A stretch of 32,000 nucleotides of DNA, taken from assembly GCA_963677105.1 (NCBI GenBank), contig OY781871.1:930001-962000 (forward strand), read 5' to 3'. Below the pieces are notes generated by a model. That model had not been told where the DNA came from, did no database searches, and saw only the letters and a list, made by a program, of their open reading frames with translations. The position numbers and the translations under genes are program-made. This DNA is from Candidatus Saccharimonadota bacterium. GTDB lineage: Bacteria; Patescibacteriota; Gracilibacteria; UBA4473. Shown here in pieces: positions 1 to 7,565 of this stretch (its first letter is position 1; each line of letters opens with the position of its first letter).

Positions 1-47
1 TACTACGTGAGGGATAATTATAAACTAGATTCTGAAATAAATTCAGA

Positions 48-76
48 ATGACAGAGCGTCATTCTTGTTCTACACT
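48..76 (+). promoter_or_regulatory. Putative sigma70-type promoter of priA (ATGACA-N17-TACACT)
   Basis: ATGACA 48-53, 17-nt spacer, TACACT 71-76. ATG at 85 lies only 8 nt after the -10 hexamer, with no SD in between. Confidence 0.4.
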
Positions 77-84
77 GCGCACGA

Positions 85-2193
85 ATGATCTACGCTCAAA
101 TATACCTCCGAAGCGTACGCGATACGTACACGTGGCACAGTGAAAATCCTGTGCGTCTAGGAGCGCGTGTTTCATTGAAATTTCGAGGACGACCACGAAC
201 GGGGATTGTTATTTCCATTTCAGAGAAAAAACCAGAGTTCAAAACACAACCGATTGATGAAATTTGGGATGAACAATTCATTCCAGAAACATGGATAAAA
301 TTAGCTCACTGGATTGCTGAGCAAAACTTTACCAACATTTCAAATGTGATGAGCTTGGTGATTCCTGAGAAATTTCTTCTCCAACGAGATCCTGTTGCAC
401 GTGAGAAGTTTTGGAGTTTAACCGGAAATGAGTTTGAGAAATTGAGAGGAGTGAAACAAAAATTAGTGATTGAGCGATTGCTTCAATCAGAGGCGACAGA
501 TTCGGAATTGCGTGAGTTGGCAAGTCCAACTGTTTTAAAAAATTTAGCAGAAAAAGAGATTATAACCTTTCGTCTTGGAGAAATTGTTCCAGCTGCGCAG
601 CCTGATTTTACGCGTCCGACACATAATTTATCTCTTGCACAACAAGAAATATTTGAGAACATTTCTAAATCAAAAAAGCCGTGTTTGCTCTGGGGAGTTA
701 CGGGTTCTGGAAAAACAGAAATTTATAAAAAGTTGGCGGAAAAAGTTATTTCTGCCGGAAAACAAGTACTTATTTTATTGCCAGAAATTGCACTGACGCC
801 ACAACTTATTGCAGAATTTCGTTCAGTTGGTTCGGTTGCCGTTTGGCACTCAAAACTCTCAGAAGGAGAACGAGTTCAAGAATGGGCAAGATGTGCTTCT
901 GGAGAAGCTCAGATTTTAATTGGAGCGAGAAGTGCAGCCTTGATTCCGTTGCCAAATGTAAAGCTTATTGTTTTGGACGAAGAACATGAATGGACGTTTA
1001 AATCAGAAACAGCACCACGATTGTGGACACATGATGTAGCAGAATGGCTGAGTTTTATGTTACAAACAAAACTTGTATTTGGTTCAGCAACACCGCGATT
1101 AGAAAGTTGGATGCGTTGTGAAAAAGGGGAGTGGAATCGTTGTGATTTGAGGGAACGAGTAAACGAAACAGAATTACCCAAGATTCAGTTTGTCGATATG
1201 AGAAATGAAGTGAAATTTGGGAATTATGGACCGATTTCTTCTTATTTAGCAGAAGCCATTGGAGAAACCGTTGACGCTGGAAAACAAGTAGTTTTATTTC
1301 TCAATCGTCGAGGATTTTCGGGGTCTACAACGTGTCGTATGTGTGGAGAAACCCATAATTGTCCGTACTGTGATGTTCCCATGAAATTGCATAGAAATGG
1401 AGCAAATTCACGAATGATCTGTCATGTATGTGGACATTTAGCGCCGTTTACAGATCGATGTCCAAATTGCGATGCAGAAGATTTTGTATTTCGTGGATGG
1501 GGAACACAACAAGTAGAACACGAATTGAAAGAAAATTTTCCAGGACTTCGTGTGCTGCGCGCGGATGCAGATTCAGTAGGAGGAAAACACGATTTTCGAA
1601 AGCTCTGCGATAGGTTTTCTGCGCATGAAGCAGATGTTCTTTTGGGAACACAAATGGTGGCGAAAGGATTAGATTTTGAAAAAGTAGCACTCGTTGGAGT
1701 TATTCTCGCAGATGTTGGATTATCGCTTCCTGATTTTCGTTCAGAAGAACGAGCGTTTCAGTTACTAACACAAGTTTCTGGACGCGCTGGAAGAAGAAAA
1801 ACGCAGGGAAATATTCTCATTCAAACTTTTAAACCAGATGAAAAAGTATTCTCGTTCGTAAAAAAACACGACACGGGAGGATTTCTCGATTGGCAAAAAA
1901 CAGCCCGTTCTTCCACAGGATTGCCTCCGTTTGGAGCGATTGCGAAAATAGGATTTTCAAATGAAGATAAAAAAGTTTCGTTCCAATTGGCACAAGATCT
2001 ATTTCGTGAGGTGAAAAAAAGAAACGATTGCACATGTAATTTCGCGCCAGCATTTTGGCCACGAACGCATGGAAAATATCATTTTCGCGTATTTATTCAG
2101 ACGAAAACACGAGAAGAATTATATGTAATATTACGATCGTTAGATTTACCACAAAGCGCAAAGATAGATGTGAATCCGGCAAGTTTATTATAA
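85..2193 (+). CDS. priA: Primosomal replication-restart helicase PriA
   Basis: 702-aa ORF. Walker A GVTGSGKT, DExH-like LDEEHE, and a Cys-rich zinc-binding insert (CRMCGETHNCPYCD...CHVCGH...CPNC) inside the helicase core. Length and motif order are typical of PriA. Confidence 0.92.
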   Translation: MIYAQIYLRSVRDTYTWHSENPVRLGARVSLKFRGRPRTGIVISISEKKPEFKTQPIDEIWDEQFIPETWIKLAHWIAEQNFTNISNVMSLVIPEKFLLQRDPVAREKFWSLTGNEFEKLRGVKQKLVIERLLQSEATDSELRELASPTVLKNLAEKEIITFRLGEIVPAAQPDFTRPTHNLSLAQQEIFENISKSKKPCLLWGVTGSGKTEIYKKLAEKVISAGKQVLILLPEIALTPQLIAEFRSVGSVAVWHSKLSEGERVQEWARCASGEAQILIGARSAALIPLPNVKLIVLDEEHEWTFKSETAPRLWTHDVAEWLSFMLQTKLVFGSATPRLESWMRCEKGEWNRCDLRERVNETELPKIQFVDMRNEVKFGNYGPISSYLAEAIGETVDAGKQVVLFLNRRGFSGSTTCRMCGETHNCPYCDVPMKLHRNGANSRMICHVCGHLAPFTDRCPNCDAEDFVFRGWGTQQVEHELKENFPGLRVLRADADSVGGKHDFRKLCDRFSAHEADVLLGTQMVAKGLDFEKVALVGVILADVGLSLPDFRSEERAFQLLTQVSGRAGRRKTQGNILIQTFKPDEKVFSFVKKHDTGGFLDWQKTARSSTGLPPFGAIAKIGFSNEDKKVSFQLAQDLFREVKKRNDCTCNFAPAFWPRTHGKYHFRVFIQTKTREELYVILRSLDLPQSAKIDVNPASLL

Positions 2194-2235
2194 AATCAAC
2201 GGTTATTTTTTATCGAGAAACAAGCGGTGCTTTTA

Positions 2236-2263
2236 TTGATTTTTCATTGCATTTCTCTACACT
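2236..2263 (+). promoter_or_regulatory. Putative promoter of the zinc-ribbon/SBP/Wzy-like cassette (TTGATT-N16-TACACT)
   Basis: TTGATT 2236-2241 and TACACT 2258-2263. ATG at 2272 is 8 nt downstream of the -10 hexamer. Confidence 0.35.
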
Positions 2264-2271
2264 CATAATCG

Positions 2272-2433
2272 ATGAGTTCCGTTCAAAAATTTATGTGTAA
2301 CGATTGTGAAGCTCTTTGGGAGGAAATTCCTAATGGAGAAGTTTTTTGTCTTGCATGTGGTTCACGAAATATAGAAGATTTGGCGGAAACGTGTCAGAAA
2401 TGTCATCGCACATGTGGACAGTGTGGTAAATAA
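2272..2433 (+). CDS. Small 4xCxxC zinc-ribbon protein (53 aa), absent from the supplied ORF track
   Basis: ATG 2272 to TAA 2431-2433. Hand translation: MSSVQKFMCNDCEALWEEIPNGEVFCLACGSRNIEDLAETCQKCHRTCGQCGK. Four CxxC pairs at C9/C12, C26/C29, C41/C44 and C48/C51. It ends 7 nt before the SBP ATG. Alternative start at ATG 2293. Confidence 0.55.
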   Translation: MSSVQKFMCNDCEALWEEIPNGEVFCLACGSRNIEDLAETCQKCHRTCGQCGK

Positions 2434-2440
2434 AACAAAC

Positions 2441-3847
2441 ATGAAAAAAATATTTGCTGTATTCGGGATAATGCTTCTTGCGTCGACCTTTTCTGGATGT
2501 CAGAAAAAACCAGAACCAGATAGAATTGTTCCAGCTGGACAGAGTGCAAAAATGCAAGTATGGACAGCACGAGAGACGAAAGTTTTAAAAGCTTTAGCAA
2601 AAGAATTTATTTCTGCCACGAACATTCCGGGATTTTCCATTGATGTTATTACGTTTGAATCAGAAGAGATTTTACAAAAAACATTGGTAGAAAAAATGGC
2701 TGAAGGGGCTGGTCCAGATGTAGTTTTGACCGATGGAGAATGGATTGGTTTTAATTCTGGAAAATTAGTTCCATTAAAACAAGAGGAAGGATTTGGTATA
2801 AATGAATATGGTTCATCTTTTGTGCGACTTGCAACAGAATTATTAATTCAAGAAGATGAAATATACGGAGTTCCTTTATCAGTAGATACGTTAGCAGTTG
2901 TTTATAATGAAGAACATTTAATTGATCGTTTAACGAATCGAAATCAACCAGGTCGTACATGGAAAGAGTTTCAGCAAGATGTAGAATTACTTACAAAACA
3001 AGACAAATCTTTTAATCGTTTTGCTCGTTCAGGAACAGCTATTGGACGAACAGACAACACAAAACATGGAGTAGAATTGCTTGAAAATATAATGCTCCAA
3101 TATGGCACACCATTCTTTTCTGAAGATCAAACAAAGGCGACATTCGCTTCTACAAAAGGAGTCAATCCTGAAGGACGACGTCAGAATTTTGGTGTAGCGG
3201 GATTGAAATTCTTTACGAGTTTTGCGAATGAAAAATATAAAAACTTTTCTTGGAATGAATATTTAGCGGCAAGTGAAGATGAAAATAAAGAATTTACAGC
3301 ATTTGCAAAGGGTGATGTTTCCATGGTATTTGCGTATCCAAAAGATTTAGAAACAATTCGATCACTTATTAAATCAGAAAAAAAAGGTATTAGTGAAAAA
3401 AATATGCATGTTGCTTTGTTGCCACAAGTTTTAGATCCAGAAAATACTACAAGTAGAGTTGTACTGGGAAAATTATTTGCTGGAGCAGTGGCTCGTACGA
3501 CACAATTTCCGGATGCTTCATGGAGATTTTTGAAATTTCTTTCGCGACGAAATATTCAATCAGGATTTTACGATGCAACAGGATTGCCGACGGCGCGTCT
3601 CGATTTGATTCTTGAACAAGCAGCAGAACCAGAAAGTGGAATATTTGCGAGACAAGCAAAATTTGCTCGTTCCAATTTACTCCCGATAGACAAAATTTAT
3701 TTTCACAAAGAGCTAGATTTATTAGTACAAAATGTAAATAAAGGAGGAAATGAAGAAGAATTACTTAAAAAACTTGAATCTAAAATAACGTCTCTTCGAC
3801 AAGAAACATTAAAGTTGGATAAATTGATCGAACGAGAAAAGAAATAA
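2441..3847 (+). CDS. Extracellular solute-binding lipoprotein (ABC-type, family-1-like SBP)
   Basis: The track ORF starts at GTG 2414, but ATG 2441 gives MKKIFAVFGIMLLASTFSGC, a signal peptide plus a lipobox-like FSGC. The N-terminal pattern MQVWTARE...GPDVVL...W...GKLVPL is typical of sugar or oligosaccharide SBPs. No permease or ATPase gene is adjacent. Confidence 0.8.
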   Translation: MKKIFAVFGIMLLASTFSGCQKKPEPDRIVPAGQSAKMQVWTARETKVLKALAKEFISATNIPGFSIDVITFESEEILQKTLVEKMAEGAGPDVVLTDGEWIGFNSGKLVPLKQEEGFGINEYGSSFVRLATELLIQEDEIYGVPLSVDTLAVVYNEEHLIDRLTNRNQPGRTWKEFQQDVELLTKQDKSFNRFARSGTAIGRTDNTKHGVELLENIMLQYGTPFFSEDQTKATFASTKGVNPEGRRQNFGVAGLKFFTSFANEKYKNFSWNEYLAASEDENKEFTAFAKGDVSMVFAYPKDLETIRSLIKSEKKGISEKNMHVALLPQVLDPENTTSRVVLGKLFAGAVARTTQFPDASWRFLKFLSRRNIQSGFYDATGLPTARLDLILEQAAEPESGIFARQAKFARSNLLPIDKIYFHKELDLLVQNVNKGGNEEELLKKLESKITSLRQETLKLDKLIEREKK

Positions 3848-5016
3848 TGAATAAATCTTGTACTTGGAAACAACAAATGGGAGAATTTCTTTCTATTGGA
3901 GGAGAACTTTTGTTTTGGCTTACTTGGTGGTTACCAACAGGATTTTCCTTAGGAGGAAATCCTACGTTTTTTGGAGAATTTTATTCTGAATTATCAGTTA
4001 TTTTACCAATCTCAGGAATGGGACTTATTTTGTGGTGGATTGGGAAATTAATTCTTGCTCCACGATTAAATCCTCAAAAAATAATTTTTCCACTTATTTG
4101 GTTGGTCGTGTGGGGAATAAATACGATTTTTTCGTTTGATCCATCGATATCAATTTCTTATCTATTAGTGTGGGCGGTTGGATTATTAGCATTAGGAACG
4201 AAGGAAACTTTTTTCGCAGTTGGTGCACGACGTATCTTTTTTGGTCTAGGTCTCGCTCTTGGTTTTGCAGCTATTCGATGGTTCCCAATGTTAGACGTTT
4301 CGTCCGAACTTTTATCTATTGGTGCCGTTTGGGGATTAATTTTTCTTTCATGGGAACCAAGATTTTTCGGAAAGTTTTTTTGGCAAATGCTCTTTTTAAT
4401 TGGAGTATTTTTTTCAGGAAGTTTGGCAGCACAATTTGCAGCGTTAATGGTGTTAGTTTTTGGACGAAGATGGTTTGGTATTTCTTCTGGAAAAAAATCA
4501 CCTTTTTGGTTGGCGATTATGATTTGGGGAATTGTTTTTGGATGGCAGTTGGCTGAAAACGGACCATTTATATTGAGAATGCAACCCTATTGGATACAGA
4601 TTTTTCACGATTGGAAACAATTCCTTTTGGGAGTAGGAGAAGGACAATTTCTCGTTGGATTACAACATTTTTCATCAACATTATTAGACGCAACTCAACT
4701 GCGAATTCCTGAGAGTGGAGCAATTATAACTTTTTTTGAACACGGAATTATTGGTGTGATTTCATTTCTTGTATTACTCCTTTTTACCAATTCAAAACGT
4801 CCGCCATTTCTTTCTTGGTGGTTAGTTTTCTTCTGGATTTTTTCTCCTGTATTTGTGACACGAGAAGAGGGAATACTGTTTCTTTTAGTATTACTAGCAA
4901 CACAAATTCCAAGAGAACGTATCGAAAAAAAACGAAAAAGACCTCAACGCCGAAAAAGAGTTGGGCGACCACGAACGACATCAATTGCGGAAGCAGGAGA
5001 TTTACCAGCGAGTTGA
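3847..5016 (+). CDS. Polytopic membrane protein, O-antigen ligase/Wzy_C-like, with a highly basic C-terminal tail
   Basis: 389 aa with about 10 hydrophobic helices. GVGEGQF and PESGAIITFFEHGIIGVISFLVLLL resemble O-antigen-ligase family motifs. The start overlaps the SBP stop (TAATG). The tail is KKRKRPQRRKRVGRPRTT. The last 73 nt overlap the convergent fmt. Confidence 0.55.
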   Translation: MNKSCTWKQQMGEFLSIGGELLFWLTWWLPTGFSLGGNPTFFGEFYSELSVILPISGMGLILWWIGKLILAPRLNPQKIIFPLIWLVVWGINTIFSFDPSISISYLLVWAVGLLALGTKETFFAVGARRIFFGLGLALGFAAIRWFPMLDVSSELLSIGAVWGLIFLSWEPRFFGKFFWQMLFLIGVFFSGSLAAQFAALMVLVFGRRWFGISSGKKSPFWLAIMIWGIVFGWQLAENGPFILRMQPYWIQIFHDWKQFLLGVGEGQFLVGLQHFSSTLLDATQLRIPESGAIITFFEHGIIGVISFLVLLLFTNSKRPPFLSWWLVFFWIFSPVFVTREEGILFLLVLLATQIPRERIEKKRKRPQRRKRVGRPRTTSIAEAGDLPAS

Positions 5017-5816
5017 ATTACTTGAAGCCAGAGAGATCCATTTTTACAGATTAGTTCAATACTTTGTTCACTTTTCTCAAGAGAACATTTGAGAATTTTA
5101 ACAGGTCCACTTTCCGTCATAATAAAAATTCCTGGCCAAACATCAAATGCACGATATTTGTTCCAAATCGTTTCAGCAGATTCTGTTTTAAGAAAAATTT
5201 CTCCATTAGATTTTTCAAATTTCCCACAATGAGTAGCTTCTATTTCTTCCTGAGGAAGAGCGGGAAGTGTTTCGAAGTTTTTTACCAATTCAGGAAGAGC
5301 ATCTGCAGATTTATTCGACCAATCGTTCCATAATTCTTTTGTTCCACGATTATTAATTTCTTCTTTCATTTGCCATAAAATATCTCCCGCATCGAGTTCT
5401 TTTACCATTTTTTGTAATGTGATTCCTGAAATTGTATCACCATTTAAAATAGCAGATTGAACGGGTGAGGCGCCTCGCCATTTTGGTAATAATGAGAAGT
5501 GAACATTTACTGTTGGAGCGAGTTTCAAAGCTTCTTCTGGGAAAATAACACCAAAAGCAATTACAACTCCTAAATCAGGAGTAAGTTTTTTATAAACATC
5601 AATAATGTCGTTTTTTTTCTCTATTTCAAAAACAGAAAGATGTAACTTTTCGGCTTCTTTTTTCACAGGACAAGCAGTCAGAACTTGTTTTCGACCAACT
5701 TTTTTATCTGGTGGACACAACACTCCCAAAATTTCAATATCAGCATCGACTGAAAGTGCTTGTAAACTCGGGACAGCAATGTCGGGAGTTCCGGAAAAAA
5801 GTATTTTTCGTGCCAT
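4944..5816 (-). CDS. fmt: Methionyl-tRNA formyltransferase
   Basis: 290 aa. N-terminus MARKILFSGTPDIAVPSLQAL; the formyltransferase core has HFSLLPKWRGASPVQSAI; the C-terminal domain ends LQVIQLAGKSPASAIDVV, as in Fmt. Confidence 0.9.
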   Translation of the reverse strand: MARKILFSGTPDIAVPSLQALSVDADIEILGVLCPPDKKVGRKQVLTACPVKKEAEKLHLSVFEIEKKNDIIDVYKKLTPDLGVVIAFGVIFPEEALKLAPTVNVHFSLLPKWRGASPVQSAILNGDTISGITLQKMVKELDAGDILWQMKEEINNRGTKELWNDWSNKSADALPELVKNFETLPALPQEEIEATHCGKFEKSNGEIFLKTESAETIWNKYRAFDVWPGIFIMTESGPVKILKCSLEKSEQSIELICKNGSLWLQVIQLAGKSPASAIDVVRGRPTLFRR

Positions 5817-5845
5817 TTTTATTCAATTGTGGCAAACTGCCATCG

Positions 5846-6472
5846 ATGCAAATCGTGCCAGAAATTCTCAAAAAAGTCGAACTTGCTGGAGCACAATTAG
5901 TTGCTGTGACGAAATATTTTTCACCAGAGGAGACTAACAAGATTGTTTCTTATTTACGTAATACTGAGACAATTATTGGGTTTGGAGAAAACCGTGTTTC
6001 TCAAATTTCTGAAAAAAATATTGAGAGAAAGAAAATGCATTTCATTGGAAATATTCAATCTCGTGATATTCCTCAAATTTCAAAACATTGTTCAGTAATT
6101 CATTCTTTATGTTCTGTGAAACACGCAGAAATTTTAGCAAAACGAGAAGAATTACTAGCTGTTTTTATTCAAATAAATATTTCTCGTGAGCCTCAAAAAT
6201 CAGGAATTATGCCAGAAGAATTAGAATCATTTTTGATCAAGATTCAAGAATATAATCTCGATATAAAAGGATTATCTGCAATAGGAGCAGGAGAATTTAA
6301 TGAAAAACAAAAACGAGAAGAATTTCGGGAATTAATTTTTTTGCGAAACAAGTTTCTTCCAGGAAAAAAGATTTCTGCAGGAACTTCTCGAGATTTTGAA
6401 ATCGCATTAGAAGAAGGAATAGAGATAGTTCGTATTGGAAGGGCGCTCTTTCAAAGTCCAAATAACAAATAA
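5846..6472 (+). CDS. yggS: YggS-family pyridoxal-phosphate homeostasis protein
   Basis: The track ORF starts at 5711 but overlaps fmt. ATG 5846 gives 208 aa with LVAVTKY (PLP lysine), FGENRVSQ, HFIGNIQS and SAGTSRDFEIALEEGIEIVRIGRALF. Confidence 0.85.
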   Translation: MQIVPEILKKVELAGAQLVAVTKYFSPEETNKIVSYLRNTETIIGFGENRVSQISEKNIERKKMHFIGNIQSRDIPQISKHCSVIHSLCSVKHAEILAKREELLAVFIQINISREPQKSGIMPEELESFLIKIQEYNLDIKGLSAIGAGEFNEKQKREEFRELIFLRNKFLPGKKISAGTSRDFEIALEEGIEIVRIGRALFQSPNNK

Positions 6473-6550
6473 CAATTATCAAAGTATAAATTAAAATAAA
6501 ACGAAGCAATCTTCGAAAAATTTTAGTCGAACATAAATAGTAGAAAAATA

Positions 6551-6578
6551 TTGAAACTTTTTGAAAAATCTATACAAA
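6551..6578 (+). promoter_or_regulatory. Putative nadK promoter (TTGAAA-N16-TACAAA)
   Basis: TTGAAA 6551-6556 and TACAAA 6573-6578. ATG 6586 is 7 nt downstream; GTG 6583 is an alternative start. Confidence 0.3.
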
Positions 6579-6585
6579 TAACGTG

Positions 6586-7494
6586 ATGGAAAAGTCCTCC
6601 CCAAAAACTTCGTTCAAGAGAGTTGCTATTTATACCCATAATAAGCCCTCAAAGGAAAAGGAGGAGAGCTTATTTATTAAAGAAAAAATAATTCCATTTT
6701 TAAAAGAACATGGAGTAAAAGAGGTTCATGGAGACATTAGAACAGTCTCATTAATGGAGAGCTCAATAGATCTTATTGATGATGAACAATCATATGATTT
6801 GAAAATTGGAATTGGGGGAGATGGGACATTATTAAAAATGATGAGAACGCTCCAAAAAAATGATGGTTTGTTTTTGGGAATTAATTTTGGAACGCTTGGT
6901 TTTTTAGCCGAATTACATCCTTCTCAGTGGAAAGAATCGTTAACACAGATTTTTAATGGAAAATATTTCGTTGATGAACGAATGTTATTGAAAGCTTTTG
7001 TGTGGAGGATGAATGCACAAGGAGAGAAAGAAAAAATATTTCGAGCGTATGCATTAAATGATCTTGTGTTCGGACATGGAGGATTGGCACGTTTAACAAA
7101 CTTTCGTGTACGAGTCGGACGTCGAAATCTTTCAATATATCGAGCAGACGGATTAATCTTTGCTACACCAACAGGAACCACTGCATATTCATTATCTGCG
7201 GGAGGACCAATTGTATATCCAGGACTTAGTGCCGTAACAGTAACACCAGTTGCACCACATCATTTAACTCATCGTCCGATTGTATTGGGAACAGATCGTG
7301 CTATAAATTTAGATTTTGATGCACGAGCAGAATCGGTTTCTTTCACTGTTGATGGACAGATTCATTTTTCAATGCGTCCGAGTGATGAAGTAACTATTCA
7401 GCGTGCAACGCGTACGGTTAAATTCATCCGATTAAAACAATCACATTTTTTTCGAACACTTCGTAATAAAATGGGCTGGGGAGAAAAAAAGTAA
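6586..7494 (+). CDS. nadK: NAD kinase
   Basis: GGDGTLL motif, NDLV, and ADGLIFATPTGTTAYSLSAGGPIV. ATG 6586; the track uses the in-frame GTG at 6583. Confidence 0.9.
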   Translation: MEKSSPKTSFKRVAIYTHNKPSKEKEESLFIKEKIIPFLKEHGVKEVHGDIRTVSLMESSIDLIDDEQSYDLKIGIGGDGTLLKMMRTLQKNDGLFLGINFGTLGFLAELHPSQWKESLTQIFNGKYFVDERMLLKAFVWRMNAQGEKEKIFRAYALNDLVFGHGGLARLTNFRVRVGRRNLSIYRADGLIFATPTGTTAYSLSAGGPIVYPGLSAVTVTPVAPHHLTHRPIVLGTDRAINLDFDARAESVSFTVDGQIHFSMRPSDEVTIQRATRTVKFIRLKQSHFFRTLRNKMGWGEKK

Positions 7495-7530
7495 TCAAAT
7501 ATTAAAGTACAAATTACAAACTTGATTCAC

Positions 7531-7559
7531 TTTAAATCTTTATTAAATTTCATTACAAT
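7531..7559 (+). promoter_or_regulatory. Putative promoter of the giant LamG gene (TTTAAA-N17-TACAAT)
   Basis: TTTAAA 7531-7536 and TACAAT 7554-7559. The GTG start at 7566 is 6 nt downstream, with no SD. Confidence 0.3.
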
Positions 7560-7565
7560 TCCTTT

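Noticed and set aside
29-64. Two overlapping small hairpins upstream of priA: attctgaa-ataaa-ttcagaat at 29-49 and gaatgac-agagc-gtcattc at 46-64. They could be a terminator of the upstream gene or an attenuator.
   Set aside because: The stems are short and AT-rich, and no real T-tract follows. The second hairpin overlaps the predicted -35 of priA. The upstream gene is outside the window, so the idea cannot be supported.
4170-4556. A 128-aa plus-strand ORF in an alternative frame within the Wzy-like gene.
   Set aside because: It is an out-of-frame overlap with a coherent polytopic membrane protein. It has no independent signals and its composition is an artefact of T-rich codons.
5711-5845. 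N-terminal extensions of track ORFs: yggS from 5711, the SNase-like ORF to 24494, pgk to 15992, gatA to 31993, the wHTH ORF from 26053 and the SBP from 2414.
   Set aside because: The extensions overlap neighbouring conserved genes or use GTG/TTG starts, and they add non-homologous residues. Internal ATGs restore the canonical N-termini (signal peptides, or MNLAKK for GatA).
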